From UHGV virus genome UHGV-0231863: DNA of 44,709 bases; one strand, written 5' to 3'. Below, piece by piece: positions 25,730 through 33,873 of this stretch. The notes under the pieces were generated by a model. That model was not told where the DNA came from and made no database searches. It saw nothing but the letters and a program-made list of their open reading frames with translations. The position numbers and the translations under genes are program-made. Every line of letters starts with the position of its first letter. Within the stretch, counting starts at the first letter, position 1. The stretch is from a virus.

Positions 25730-27991
25730 CTATTCCAAATCCTCCTCTGTCACTGTCAGCATTTCATTCGGTTCGTATATTGTCTTAGGAATTTTGTTGT
25801 CGTTTATACCCCACGGCAACCTGTATTGCTTAGGGATGGGCCTGTTGTTGTTATCCAGCCCAGAGACGATAACCCCCGCCTCGTGCATCTCTTCCAGTTT
25901 CTTTCGAAGGTCGTTATTAGCGTTAATCGGTACGCCGTAACTATCTTCTTTCGCCGCTTTGACGATAGCTGACATAGAGAACCCTCGCTTGTCGTCGCCT
26001 TGCTCCTGCAATTTACCTAATGCGTAAATAACCGTAGCCTCTTTGGAATCCAGTTTCTCGAACTGGCCTACCTTTTCTTTAACGGCTTCCTTCTGTTCGT
26101 CAGTCATACCTTCTACTTTCTTCACAAAGACAGAGAAGGCGTTGAAGTTGACAAAGACATCAATATGCGGATTTCCCGCGTCAAAATCGCGCACATCATC
26201 ACTGCTATACCCTTCCGGAAGCCCCATGAAGTTGTGAGTTGGTTCTTTCTTTTCCGGCGGCTCCGCTATCTGAATCTTCTGTATTACGAATCCTCTGGCT
26301 TTCTGCCGTTCTCCATTTCGGTTCTTTATGTGATACAGGTTTATCTCTAAGTTATTGTCGTTGTCTGGTTTATGCAGGAACATCCCGTTATCGATGGAGT
26401 TGTGAAAATCACTTCCACCCTTCGGCATCATGCCGTTTTCAGACGGCACAGTTTCGTCGATGTTTTTAGTCGGGTGCACCATAGCGCCTACCGCAGCGTT
26501 AAGCGTCGACGCTATTTCGTTAAGCGCCTGCGCCGCTTCTTTCATCGACCTGTTGTCGTTCTCGTCGAAGCCAGGTATGCAAGTTTGTAGGGTATCAAAC
26601 GTAACCTTTACAATTTTCTCTTCACCGGCGACACGGCGCATCATTCTCACCGCCTGGCGGCGCCATGCTTCATCAAGTAAATTACACCCATCCGCAACAC
26701 AATCGATAATGTGCAAGCGGTCCAGGCTATCGCCGAGGGCAATCTGTAGAGATTTTTTATGTCGCTCGAACGACTGTGCGCCTTCACCGGCGAAGATAAA
26801 TGCGTGACCTTCTGCGACCTCAGCACCACCGAACGCATATCTTTTTTCGGCGGCGATAGCAGCGTCAATCGCCATACTAAATGTTGACTTACCAGTGTGG
26901 GACTTTGCGCAAATGTAGAACGATTCGTTGGTCTGCATAAGGCCGTCTACTACGGGGTAAGCAGGTTCTTTTTCTACTTCCGGCTCGTCTTCGAGGTCTT
27001 CAAGCGTACAAGTTACAGGCTCCTCGTTCTCTGTGCGGTGCAGTTCTTCAATCTCTTCGTCCGGTAAGTCAGGCAAAGCCGCACGAATGCTGTTAATACT
27101 GATAGGTTGCTTGTCTATGTTAAGCTCGTCGGGCAGGCCGCACATACGCAAGGCCAAATGTTGCCGACGGTTAAGCTCGGTACAAGCGCCGTTGTTTGTG
27201 TGCTGGCACACGAAGCGCACCTCTTTACCGTCAAGCATGATGCTGGTGGAGCCTTTGCCTGTATGCAGATGTTCGTTCGGACACGGTACTTCGTACCCAC
27301 GACCTGACGGCAGCGCATCAAGACCCAACTCCGCTTCGCAAAAATACGCTATGTCGGCATTCAGCCCACGCTCATCGGCGGCAAGTGTCTTAGCTTCACG
27401 TTTACGCAGACCCATCTCTTCGGCTTTCTTGATGTACCGCTCAGCACGGATAACACGCCCTTCTGTGACCGTTATCTTCGACTCTTTATGGGGAAGGTAG
27501 ATAAGACGGTTGCCGTCTTCCGTGCAGTGGTCGCGCAATGCTTCATCTATTTCTAACTCGGCACAAATAGCACGTTGCACCATCCACGCATCGTTAGAGT
27601 TAAACGGCGTGCGAGCCGGAACCAGAACGCGGAAGGCGTAATCCCCGTTTTTGCACGCGTGCCGGTGTGACGCCGTTGTATGCAGAATGTTGAAGAACGG
27701 CGCATTCTTAAATTTGCGTGTCAGGTTGCGGTACTGAGTACGGTTGAGATGGTCAAAGTCGAACTTAACCACACTGTCTTCCAGAATCGCGTTCTTACGG
27801 CGACCACCAACAGGTGCGATAGCTTTCTGTTTAATCTTGGCGGCGTCGTACTCTTCCTTAGTCCACGACGGGTCCACGGATAAACGCTTCGATGTATCAC
27901 AGACATACTCTACGAACTGCTCCAGCGGCATTTCACGCGCTACAGGGTTTTTATCGAATGTGTTACGCAGCGTTGCAAAAACAATATTCAT
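25730..27991 (-). CDS. primase-helicase / replication initiation protein
   Basis: 753 aa; central P-loop CAKSHTGKST (RecA/DnaB-like ATPase); N-terminal region with His/Cys clusters consistent with a primase domain. Confidence 0.65.
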   Translation of the reverse strand: MNIVFATLRNTFDKNPVAREMPLEQFVEYVCDTSKRLSVDPSWTKEEYDAAKIKQKAIAPVGGRRKNAILEDSVVKFDFDHLNRTQYRNLTRKFKNAPFFNILHTTASHRHACKNGDYAFRVLVPARTPFNSNDAWMVQRAICAELEIDEALRDHCTEDGNRLIYLPHKESKITVTEGRVIRAERYIKKAEEMGLRKREAKTLAADERGLNADIAYFCEAELGLDALPSGRGYEVPCPNEHLHTGKGSTSIMLDGKEVRFVCQHTNNGACTELNRRQHLALRMCGLPDELNIDKQPISINSIRAALPDLPDEEIEELHRTENEEPVTCTLEDLEDEPEVEKEPAYPVVDGLMQTNESFYICAKSHTGKSTFSMAIDAAIAAEKRYAFGGAEVAEGHAFIFAGEGAQSFERHKKSLQIALGDSLDRLHIIDCVADGCNLLDEAWRRQAVRMMRRVAGEEKIVKVTFDTLQTCIPGFDENDNRSMKEAAQALNEIASTLNAAVGAMVHPTKNIDETVPSENGMMPKGGSDFHNSIDNGMFLHKPDNDNNLEINLYHIKNRNGERQKARGFVIQKIQIAEPPEKKEPTHNFMGLPEGYSSDDVRDFDAGNPHIDVFVNFNAFSVFVKKVEGMTDEQKEAVKEKVGQFEKLDSKEATVIYALGKLQEQGDDKRGFSMSAIVKAAKEDSYGVPINANNDLRKKLEEMHEAGVIVSGLDNNNRPIPKQYRLPWGINDNKIPKTIYEPNEMLTVTEEDLE

Positions 27992-28116
27992 TTCTTTTTC
28001 TCCGCACGTTCTAAGGCTTCCTGCATACGGCGCATTGCGCGGTTCATCTTTACCGGTGCGAAGAAATCAGCGCCGTGTTTCTGGCGGCGTAGCTGTGGAA
28101 CTATTAACTTCGTCAT
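27988..28116 (-). CDS. small basic protein (approximate coordinates)
   Basis: ~42-codon ORF with AGGA SD whose stop overlaps the primase start. Confidence 0.3.
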   Translation of the reverse strand: MTKLIVPQLRRQKHGADFFAPVKMNRAMRRMQEALERAEKKK

Positions 28117-28166
28117 TGTATAATCCTTGTGCTTACTTTGATGATTTATGCTTCGGCCCCGACGTT

Positions 28167-28400
28167 CTAGCGTTGGGGTTTCTTTTGTCTACGCACCGCA
28201 TTAACCCACTCTCCTTCGCTACGGTAAAAACTGCAATCAAGGATATCCTCTATAGAAAATTTAACTATTTTAGTGGGTCCACAAAAGTTATAAGGGAAAA
28301 GTTCTACATAACACCCATCGTCGGTTATATTTGACGCAATCTTGAAATAATATTTAATGCTGCCGTCTTCGCGGAAGCTACAACCCATACGCCCAATCAT
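28167..28400 (-). CDS. hypothetical protein
   Basis: 77-aa ORF between AlpA-like gene and primase. Confidence 0.4.
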   Translation of the reverse strand: MIGRMGCSFREDGSIKYYFKIASNITDDGCYVELFPYNFCGPTKIVKFSIEDILDCSFYRSEGEWVNAVRRQKKPQR

Positions 28401-28579
28401 TTCACGTTCTCCTTAATCCACTCTTCAACTTTATTACGGTCGAATGTTCCCGGTAAACGGCGACCCATAACCTTAATACAGCAATCCGGGAATTTACCAC
28501 TGCGCAACCAGTTATTAATTGTCTGACGCGTCACCCCGATACGCTCGGCTACTTCATTCTGTGTCATGTAATGTTGCAT
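28397..28579 (-). CDS. AlpA/Xis-like winged-helix DNA-binding protein
   Basis: MTQNEVAERIGVTRQTINNWLRSGKFP; AGGAG SD before internal ATG at 28579; first gene of the leftward operon. Confidence 0.6.
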   Translation of the reverse strand: MQHYMTQNEVAERIGVTRQTINNWLRSGKFPDCCIKVMGRRLPGTFDRNKVEEWIKENVK

Positions 28580-28610
28580 TTTTAAATCTCCTGTTTGTTT
28601 GGTGAAGCCA

Positions 28611-28639
28611 AGTATAGGATAGCGGGAATGTAAAAGCAA
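28611..28639 (-). promoter_or_regulatory. promoter TTGCTT-17-TATACT for leftward operon (AlpA-like gene first)
   Basis: Read on minus strand; ~30 nt upstream of the AGGAG SD. Confidence 0.45.
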
Positions 28640-28686
28640 CCAAAACACCACACAAAGTTACTAAGATACAAAAGATGCTACCGGTA

Positions 28687-28715
28687 TTGACTTTTACTTA
28701 AAAATATGGTAAGCT
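28687..28715 (+). promoter_or_regulatory. promoter TTGACT-17-TAAGCT (copy 1 of duplicated cassette) with palindrome AAGCTCAGcCTGAGCTT
   Basis: Plus strand; palindrome 28711-28727 overlaps -10; followed by identical 38-mer shared with 41272-41309. Confidence 0.45.
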
Positions 28716-28718
28716 CAG

Positions 28719-28756
28719 CCTGAGCTTGTGAAGTATGAACAAGCGACCGCGGCGCG
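28719..28756 (+). repeat. 38-nt block identical to 41272-41309 (copy 1)
   Basis: CCTGAGCTTGTGAAGTATGAACAAGCGACCGCGGCGCG; contains hairpin GCTTGT-gaagtatga-ACAAGC and ATG of micro-ORF MNKRPRR. Confidence 0.85.
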
Positions 28757-28901
28757 CGGCGGGCGAAACGAGCACGTGTAGCGTGTGGAGTGAGGCTCGC
28801 TGGCGCGTTTGGGAGGCCCAAAGTCTATTGTAATTCCCGCCTAAATATCTAAGTTACTGATTTGCCGTTGGTTATATCCGCAAGCTCACTCACTCACTCT
28901 T

Positions 28902-28938
28902 GGTGCCTTCGGCACCACGTTCGTTTCGTTTCGCTTGC
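28902..28938 (+). terminator. UUCG-tetraloop hairpin plus U-rich tract
   Basis: GGTGCC-ttcg-GGCACC followed by ACGTTCGTTTCGTTTCGCTT; preceded by (CTCA)x3. Confidence 0.45.
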
Positions 28939-28983
28939 TACCCCATTAAACGAAAGAATCACAACGGCAACGTAACTATTCTC

Positions 28984-29012
28984 TTGCACACACCAACATA
29001 ATAGGATACTAT
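28984..29012 (+). promoter_or_regulatory. promoter TTGCAC-17-TACTAT with operator AATAGgataCTATT (29000-29013)
   Basis: CTTGCACACaccaacataataggaTACTATTCAC then conserved AAACGAGA leader and GGAG SD. Confidence 0.55.
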
Positions 29013-29046
29013 TCACTTATCGAAACGAGACAGAGGAGTGAGGGCT

Positions 29047-29244
29047 ATGTTTAAACGTGGTCAGTTGGTTAAATACTCCGACGATAAACACGGCATAATT
29101 GAATTAAAATCTGCTTTATTTCCAGGAAAGTACGTAGTTACCGTGCAAAATGTGAGAGGAGTAAATTCACAAATATACGTAGCGGAGGAGAACTTAAAAC
29201 TCATCGGCAACAATTTTAAATTTAAAGGGGGGAGGGTGAAGTGA
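29047..29244 (+). CDS. hypothetical early protein
   Basis: ATG with GGAG SD downstream of conserved promoter cassette; stop overlaps next start. Confidence 0.45.
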   Translation: MFKRGQLVKYSDDKHGIIELKSALFPGKYVVTVQNVRGVNSQIYVAEENLKLIGNNFKFKGGRVK

Positions 29245-29444
29245 TGGAAGAATTATTTGAAGAACTGAAACATCATGATTTCGAGGAAATATATTTCGTA
29301 GCTGAACGCTACGAGGTGCATCTGGCGGACGGTATAACGGTTATTACATCTACCAGCGAGCGAATGTTAAATAGCTTACGAGCAATACGAACGGCATCGA
29401 ATCATGATGCTTGTGCCGACGACGCTGAGGGAGGTTGCCGTTAA
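29244..29444 (+). CDS. hypothetical early protein
   Basis: Acidic 66-aa ORF, TGATG / TAATG coupling to neighbours. Confidence 0.45.
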   Translation: MEELFEELKHHDFEEIYFVAERYEVHLADGITVITSTSERMLNSLRAIRTASNHDACADDAEGGCR

Positions 29445-29623
29445 TGCGAATCCGTATAACTGACCGCAGGCTTATCCGTATAACTGACCGCAGGCTTATA
29501 GATTTCGGTATCTCGGTAGGTGATGTTTTTCCGGCGTTCAGAATCAACCATTATGGTTTTATGATTGAGTACAAAGGGTCGTTATTGTTCGTGTATCGGG
29601 ATGAATGTGAGGTTCTGGTATGA
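29444..29623 (+). CDS. hypothetical early protein containing tandem IRITDRRL repeat
   Basis: 59-aa ORF; includes the perfect 24-bp tandem duplication. Confidence 0.4.
   Translation: MRIRITDRRLIRITDRRLIDFGISVGDVFPAFRINHYGFMIEYKGSLLFVYRDECEVLV
29450..29497 (+). repeat. perfect 24-bp tandem duplication (2 copies)
   Basis: ATCCGTATAACTGACCGCAGGCTT repeated head-to-tail; encodes IRITDRRL twice in frame. Confidence 0.9.
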
Positions 29624-29775
29624 GAGAAGCATTTGAACGGTGGGCTGTGGTCGAGGGTCTGCCGGTTAACAAGGGTTCAAAGAAAGAGTACCTGAACGTT
29701 AAGACGCGTCTCGCGTGGCGGGCGTGGAAAGCTGGTGTGCAATCCTTGATTGAAAGAGGTGTGAGGTATGGGTGA
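29620..29775 (+). CDS. hypothetical early protein
   Basis: 51-codon ORF read by eye, ATGA-type overlaps at both ends. Confidence 0.35.
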   Translation: MREAFERWAVVEGLPVNKGSKKEYLNVKTRLAWRAWKAGVQSLIERGVRYG

Positions 29776-29968
29776 GTGGATTAAGTGTAGTGAGATGCTG
29801 CCGGGTAATGGGTATACGGATAAAGAGTTCCTGGTGTATGAAACGTTAAATAACGCAGTTCAGCACGATTATTACATAGTTCCTGATGACGGGAGAAAGC
29901 CTTTCTGGAATCACTACGATAATTACGTGACGCACTGGATGCCGTTACCCGAGCCGCCAGAAGTGTGA
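29768..29968 (+). CDS. DUF551-like small phage protein
   Basis: C-terminal THWMPLPEPP motif. Confidence 0.5.
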   Translation: MGEWIKCSEMLPGNGYTDKEFLVYETLNNAVQHDYYIVPDDGRKPFWNHYDNYVTHWMPLPEPPEV

Positions 29969-30035
29969 TGTTCAATAGTTTGGGATTTTACTGAGTGACT
30001 TACGCTGCTACACAGCAGCGTACAACTTTAACTTA

Positions 30036-30059
30036 GTGTCGTCAAAAGGCGACACTTTC
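30036..30059 (+). terminator. terminator-like hairpin
   Basis: GTGTCG-tcaaaagg-CGACAC + TTT; preceded by 9-bp-arm inverted repeat TACGCTGCT-acac-AGCAGCGTA (~30001-30022). Confidence 0.4.
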
Positions 30060-30102
30060 ATCAAACGCAACAATCGAAGCGACTATTGCAGGAGATGCAA
30101 CA

Positions 30103-30276
30103 ATGATTACTAAAGAACAGGCTGAACGACTAATCACGTTAATCGACACGATGGTTGATGCGAAAACCGATTTAGCAACGGCGACAGAGGAATCCGCTAC
30201 CTGGTCGCTTGAAGAAAGAGAGGCAGAAGCGGAAAGGGAGTTACTGGCGTTCATCGACTCTATAACACACCAATAA
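30103..30276 (+). CDS. hypothetical early protein (approximate coordinates)
   Basis: 57-codon ORF with AGGAG SD; opposite-strand track ORF 30042..30254 is low-complexity and judged spurious. Confidence 0.4.
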   Translation: MITKEQAERLITLIDTMVDAKTDLATATEESATWSLEEREAEAERELLAFIDSITHQ

Positions 30277-30283
30277 AATTTAC

Positions 30284-30312
30284 TTGCACACTAAGATAGA
30301 ATAGGCTACTAT
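30284..30312 (+). promoter_or_regulatory. promoter TTGCAC-17-TACTAT with operator AATAGgctaCTATT (30300-30313)
   Basis: CTTGCACACtaagatagaataggcTACTATTCAT then AAACGAGAGGAGAG leader. Confidence 0.55.
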
Positions 30313-30342
30313 TCATTTACACAAACGAGAGGAGAGACAGAG

Positions 30343-30480
30343 ATGGGCTGGTACGGTAGCTGGACTTTAGGCGAACCGGTAGACGCTTACGAAATAATTA
30401 GTAGCACTTCGGTGTGTGACGGCGACACTAAATCGCTGCTAGTCGGGGTGGATGAGAAAAGGGGTGAAGCTGATGAGTAA
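30343..30480 (+). CDS. hypothetical early protein
   Basis: 45-codon ORF directly downstream of promoter cassette at 30284-30312; stop overlaps next start. Confidence 0.35.
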   Translation: MGWYGSWTLGEPVDAYEIISSTSVCDGDTKSLLVGVDEKRGEADE

Positions 30481-31018
30481 CAAAAACGAAATATTCGAGT
30501 ACCTGATCGACCAGCTACGGCAGCAGGTAAATAACAGCCGGAGCGAAGACCTGGCTCATGAGGTGCAGTCACTTAAGAATCAGTTACGTGATGCTTCGGC
30601 GCAGATTAAGGAGTTGCGGGAAGACAACATTAAGAAATCTGAGCACATATCGCACCTGACATGGCAAGTTAAGGAGTTGCATCTGGCATTGGCCGAGGCT
30701 ACTGGTGACGTGGAGGCATACAAACTTATCCGCAAAGGTGCGTACGGTTCGGAGCAATCTGGTTGCCGAAAAGAAGATACGCAGGAATGTGACCACAATT
30801 GGATTATCGCTCCAGGATTGTTTATCGCCGAAGGCCACAAGGACAACGTGCCCGGTAGCCGGTTTTGCTGCGAATGCGGCAAGCGTGAGTGGGACGGACT
30901 TGAGTATGGGGCAACAGCCTGTACACAGGAGTGCAAACACAGTTTCTATTATGTAATAACAGATGGCTCAGCGCCGTTCGGTACGAAAGTATGTAAAACG
31001 TGCGGGGAATACTTCTGA
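30473..31018 (+). CDS. coiled-coil protein with C-terminal Cys-rich (zinc-binding-like) domain
   Basis: N-terminal heptad region; C-terminal CDHNW, CCECGK, CTQEC, CKTCGEYF. Confidence 0.5.
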   Translation: MSNKNEIFEYLIDQLRQQVNNSRSEDLAHEVQSLKNQLRDASAQIKELREDNIKKSEHISHLTWQVKELHLALAEATGDVEAYKLIRKGAYGSEQSGCRKEDTQECDHNWIIAPGLFIAEGHKDNVPGSRFCCECGKREWDGLEYGATACTQECKHSFYYVITDGSAPFGTKVCKTCGEYF

Positions 31019-31221
31019 TGACCAGCATCTTATTTATCTGGGTACTGTCGGCGGGCAAGATGCAACTAGCGGCATCGGAAACGTTTTATTCGACGGAGGC
31101 GTGCCAGTCCGCGGCACGCGCCGCAGAGAACGCACACTTCCTGTTTCAGGGCGACAAGCCCAACGATTCAGAGGTACGCGCTATCTGCTCACCTAAGCGA
31201 CTTGGCAATCAGGAGAAATAA
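31018..31221 (+). CDS. small protein with signal-peptide-like N-terminus
   Basis: Hydrophobic N-terminus MTSILFIWVLSAGKMQLAAS; TGATG coupling. Confidence 0.35.
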   Translation: MTSILFIWVLSAGKMQLAASETFYSTEACQSAARAAENAHFLFQGDKPNDSEVRAICSPKRLGNQEK

Positions 31222-31514
31222 TGTCGTTAGCAACTGACATCCTGAAACGAAGCGGCCTTGCGCCGCTGTCGCCGAGAGCTAAAACACGGGTATACAAGCG
31301 CCACCGTAACGCTCTGTACCCTGAGATTCAGGCCAGACGTAAAGCTATCCGCGCCTGTGGATTCCAGAACGGGAAGGCCGTGAATCTCGGTGAGTTCAAA
31401 ACACAGGAACGTGCAGCTATAGCTAATCGGTTATTTAATTACTGGAAATCGCTTGGATACGATGATATTCCAACGAAACCCCAGAGACGACAATACATCT
31501 GGAGACATAAATAA
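31221..31514 (+). CDS. hypothetical basic protein
   Basis: 97-aa Arg/Lys-rich ORF. Confidence 0.45.
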   Translation: MSLATDILKRSGLAPLSPRAKTRVYKRHRNALYPEIQARRKAIRACGFQNGKAVNLGEFKTQERAAIANRLFNYWKSLGYDDIPTKPQRRQYIWRHK

Positions 31515-31589
31515 ACCGTTATTAGGATAATTCCTAACCGTGCTATCCTCCAGTTACTGCATACTTAATACGCACCTGGAGGATTCATC

Positions 31590-31898
31590 TTGGATAAATT
31601 TACTGAAACAGTTACAGGCTGGCTTCTCGCTGCCGCACTGGTCGGTGGATTGGTCGGGCTAAGACAACATAAAAAGTCTATATCCGGGCCGATTGACGGA
31701 CTGGTATTTCTTCTCACCGGCTTCGCGTGTGCTATTTTCGGTGCACCTCTTGCCGCTCAATGGTTCGGTATTACCGGTGAGCGTGAGATAGCTGGCCTCG
31801 GATTCATCATTGCCATTCTCTGGATGCCTATCTATTCCCGCCTTTCTGGCATCGTATCGGGTGGCGATATTGCCCGCCCAGGAGGACCGCATGACTGA
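31590..31898 (+). CDS. holin (putative)
   Basis: 102 aa with three hydrophobic helices, directly upstream of endolysin. Confidence 0.55.
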   Translation: MDKFTETVTGWLLAAALVGGLVGLRQHKKSISGPIDGLVFLLTGFACAIFGAPLAAQWFGITGEREIAGLGFIIAILWMPIYSRLSGIVSGGDIARPGGPHD

Positions 31899-32163
31899 GC
31901 TATTCTGGTTTGTCACAATGCTTTCAATGGGCGCTTCGTCCCTGTTCAACGTGTATAATGAACGCGTGGACGACGGGCTGTTCGGGCGTGTTCTCTATAT
32001 CCTGACTGCTATCGTCTGTGCCGCCGGATGTATTCACCTGTTACAGGGCAGCATGTCGCCTACGCTGCCTGAGACATTAATCACATTAGTCGCGCTGCGC
32101 CAGATTCGCCAGGCGTGGCTGTCATACGGAGGGCATAAGCGTGTCTCGAAATATTTCAGATAA
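31891..32163 (+). CDS. membrane protein (second holin / antiholin-like)
   Basis: ~90 aa from internal ATG, two TM helices, overlaps holin end and endolysin start. Confidence 0.4.
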   Translation: MTELFWFVTMLSMGASSLFNVYNERVDDGLFGRVLYILTAIVCAAGCIHLLQGSMSPTLPETLITLVALRQIRQAWLSYGGHKRVSKYFR

Positions 32164-32626
32164 TGGATTGCATTTTACCGCCGCGTTCGAGGGATTCCGC
32201 GGAACTGCGTATCGCGCTACGCCGAACGAGAAGTACCTGACTATTGGTTATGGTCACTACGGGCCAGACGTAACACCAGGTAAGACCATCACGCCAGGGC
32301 AAGGCCTCCTGTTACTGAATCGCGATATGGCTAAGGCCGTAGCTGCGGTCGATGCAGCAGCACACCATTCGCTGACACAGGCACAGTTCGACGCTGTGTG
32401 CGACCTGGTCTATAACGCGGGTGCTGGTGTGATAGCAGCTACTACCGGAACCGGTAAGGCGCTGCGTTCGGGTGATACTGCAACACTGCGGGCTAAGCTG
32501 GCGCTGTTCATCAACCAGAACGGCAAACCGTTACTTGGCCTGCGTCGCCGTACCGCAGGACGTCTGGCATTGTTCGACGGTAAACCGTGGCAGGAGGCTG
32601 AGGCAATCGGTAGGGCGGTTAAATGA
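32141..32626 (+). CDS. endolysin, GH24 lysozyme-like
   Basis: AAFEGFRGTAYRATPNEKYLTIGYGH motif characteristic of T4-type lysozymes; apparent GTG start. Confidence 0.8.
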   Translation: MSRNISDNGLHFTAAFEGFRGTAYRATPNEKYLTIGYGHYGPDVTPGKTITPGQGLLLLNRDMAKAVAAVDAAAHHSLTQAQFDAVCDLVYNAGAGVIAATTGTGKALRSGDTATLRAKLALFINQNGKPLLGLRRRTAGRLALFDGKPWQEAEAIGRAVK

Positions 32627-32755
32627 TGGACGAATACGAAGGCGTTTAGTAAACTTATCCCTACGCTGTTTGTGCTTGCATACTAAGCCCCGGTAAACCC
32701 GAAGCAGCAGCCCAAGCGGTGGAGACTGCGTAGGGTTCAAGGGCTTATGACCGAA

Positions 32756-32784
32756 ACCCGGACCGCGAATCCGGGTTTTATTTT
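32756..32784 (+). terminator. intrinsic terminator after lysis cassette (first of two)
   Basis: ACCCGGA-ccgcgaa-TCCGGGT + TTTATTTT. Confidence 0.65.
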
Positions 32785-32859
32785 ACCAATTGACACCTAA
32801 GACTAATCCGACGATACTTAAATCACCTCCTGTTCCATCCCTCTGCTCTCCAGTTCTAT

Positions 32860-32890
32860 CCCGGCACTGACCCAGCCGGGATTTTTTTTT
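32860..32890 (+). terminator. intrinsic terminator (second of two)
   Basis: CCCGGC-actgaccca-GCCGGG + A T9. Confidence 0.7.
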
Positions 32891-32912
32891 ATCTGTTTTC
32901 TGTAATGACTAG

Positions 32913-32941
32913 TTGACTATTACCTTAGACCCTATTATATT
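32913..32941 (+). promoter_or_regulatory. promoter TTGACT-17-TATATT
   Basis: Follows two tandem terminators; leader contains ACAACGAGA and GGAG SD. Confidence 0.45.
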
Positions 32942-32974
32942 TACTCCATCGACAACGAGAACGGAGTAGAGAAA

Positions 32975-33124
32975 ATGAAAATCACAGACATCGAAGCATT
33001 CAAAGACGCACAACTGATGGCACGCATCGCCGTTAGTAACCTGAGCAACAGCATTCCAGCGGACGCGTTCTGGTTCGCTGCGATGCAGACACTTAAAGCA
33101 GCTTATGCAGGAGAGAAGAAATGA
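32975..33124 (+). CDS. hypothetical early protein
   Basis: 49-codon ORF following promoter 32913-32941 and GGAG SD. Confidence 0.35.
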   Translation: MKITDIEAFKDAQLMARIAVSNLSNSIPADAFWFAAMQTLKAAYAGEKK

Positions 33125-33279
33125 GCGAACAAGGCCCAGTAAGCCAGCCGTTACGAGTAGGCCGTAAAGTCAGCCACACCCCGTTCCCGCCACGCGAGGA
33201 ACTGATGAAACGCAACAGTTTCCCGGGGCCGGACAAGAACAAGTATCTCAATCGCATGTGGGGGGAGCGTAAAGAATGA
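33121..33279 (+). CDS. hypothetical early protein
   Basis: 52-codon ORF, ATGA overlaps at both ends. Confidence 0.35.
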   Translation: MSEQGPVSQPLRVGRKVSHTPFPPREELMKRNSFPGPDKNKYLNRMWGERKE

Positions 33280-33461
33280 CTGACCGTGAATACGAAAAGA
33301 TGATGGTAGAGGCTGTTAACGGCGGCGTAGACATCGGTCACGTGATGCACGTCCTGAATACTAAAATCGCAGTAGCTGAGCAGATGGTTGAGTCGCTTTA
33401 CGAGACACGCCGTGAACTGATTAACCGCTTCAACCTGAACAAGGGTGATACCAATGCCTAA
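33276..33461 (+). CDS. hypothetical early protein
   Basis: 61-aa track ORF, coupled. Confidence 0.4.
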   Translation: MTDREYEKMMVEAVNGGVDIGHVMHVLNTKIAVAEQMVESLYETRRELINRFNLNKGDTNA

Positions 33462-33702
33462 AATCACAATCGCATCACTCGAACGCCGTATTATGGTGCT
33501 CGAGTCAGAGAAACAGACGTTAGGCGGGCAACTGTCGATTAACGGTGAGTACCAGTTAGCCGCATTTAAGGTTCTTCTCATGTTGTTGAGAGGAGAAGAG
33601 GAAAAGATGAACGCCTGCGAGCATGATTACCGCCTGCATTTAGTTGATGGGGAGCATCGAGTCACATGCTTAAAATGCGGTAAAGCGTATGAAAGCGCCT
33701 GA
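33454..33702 (+). CDS. hypothetical protein with C-terminal zinc-ribbon-like Cys/His pairs
   Basis: CEHDYRLH...CLKCGKAY. Confidence 0.4.
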   Translation: MPKITIASLERRIMVLESEKQTLGGQLSINGEYQLAAFKVLLMLLRGEEEKMNACEHDYRLHLVDGEHRVTCLKCGKAYESA

Positions 33703-33871
33703 ACCCGTAGTTATCGATGGCGTCCTGTGGAAACCATACTCGGTTAACCACATCGACGCCGACGGGAAGAAGTTCAGCTTCTACATTTTTGCAATTAGCC
33801 GTGAGCACGCCGCTTGTGTGGTCGACGATATACGAGAAACGGCGTGGCTCGGTGATGAGATAGTGGGGTGA
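33689..33871 (+). CDS. hypothetical early protein
   Basis: 60-aa track ORF. Confidence 0.35.
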   Translation: MKAPEPVVIDGVLWKPYSVNHIDADGKKFSFYIFAISREHAACVVDDIRETAWLGDEIVG

Positions 33872-33873
33872 AT

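Noticed and set aside
28884-28900. Possible CRISPR or microsatellite array (CTCA)x3
   Set aside because: Only three and a half short units with no spacers; a simple microsatellite within the leader region.
30042-30254. 70-aa minus-strand ORF
   Set aside because: Ser/Ala/Val low-complexity; the plus strand here has a 57-codon ORF with AGGAG SD that fits the local operon.
32700-32760. Possible tRNA (GGTTCAAGGGC resembles a T-loop)
   Set aside because: No complementary T-stem or acceptor stem could be formed by eye; no tRNA is claimed.
33093-33581. 162-aa minus-strand ORF
   Set aside because: Spans several coupled plus-strand small genes that have proper SD sequences and overlaps; judged an antisense artefact.
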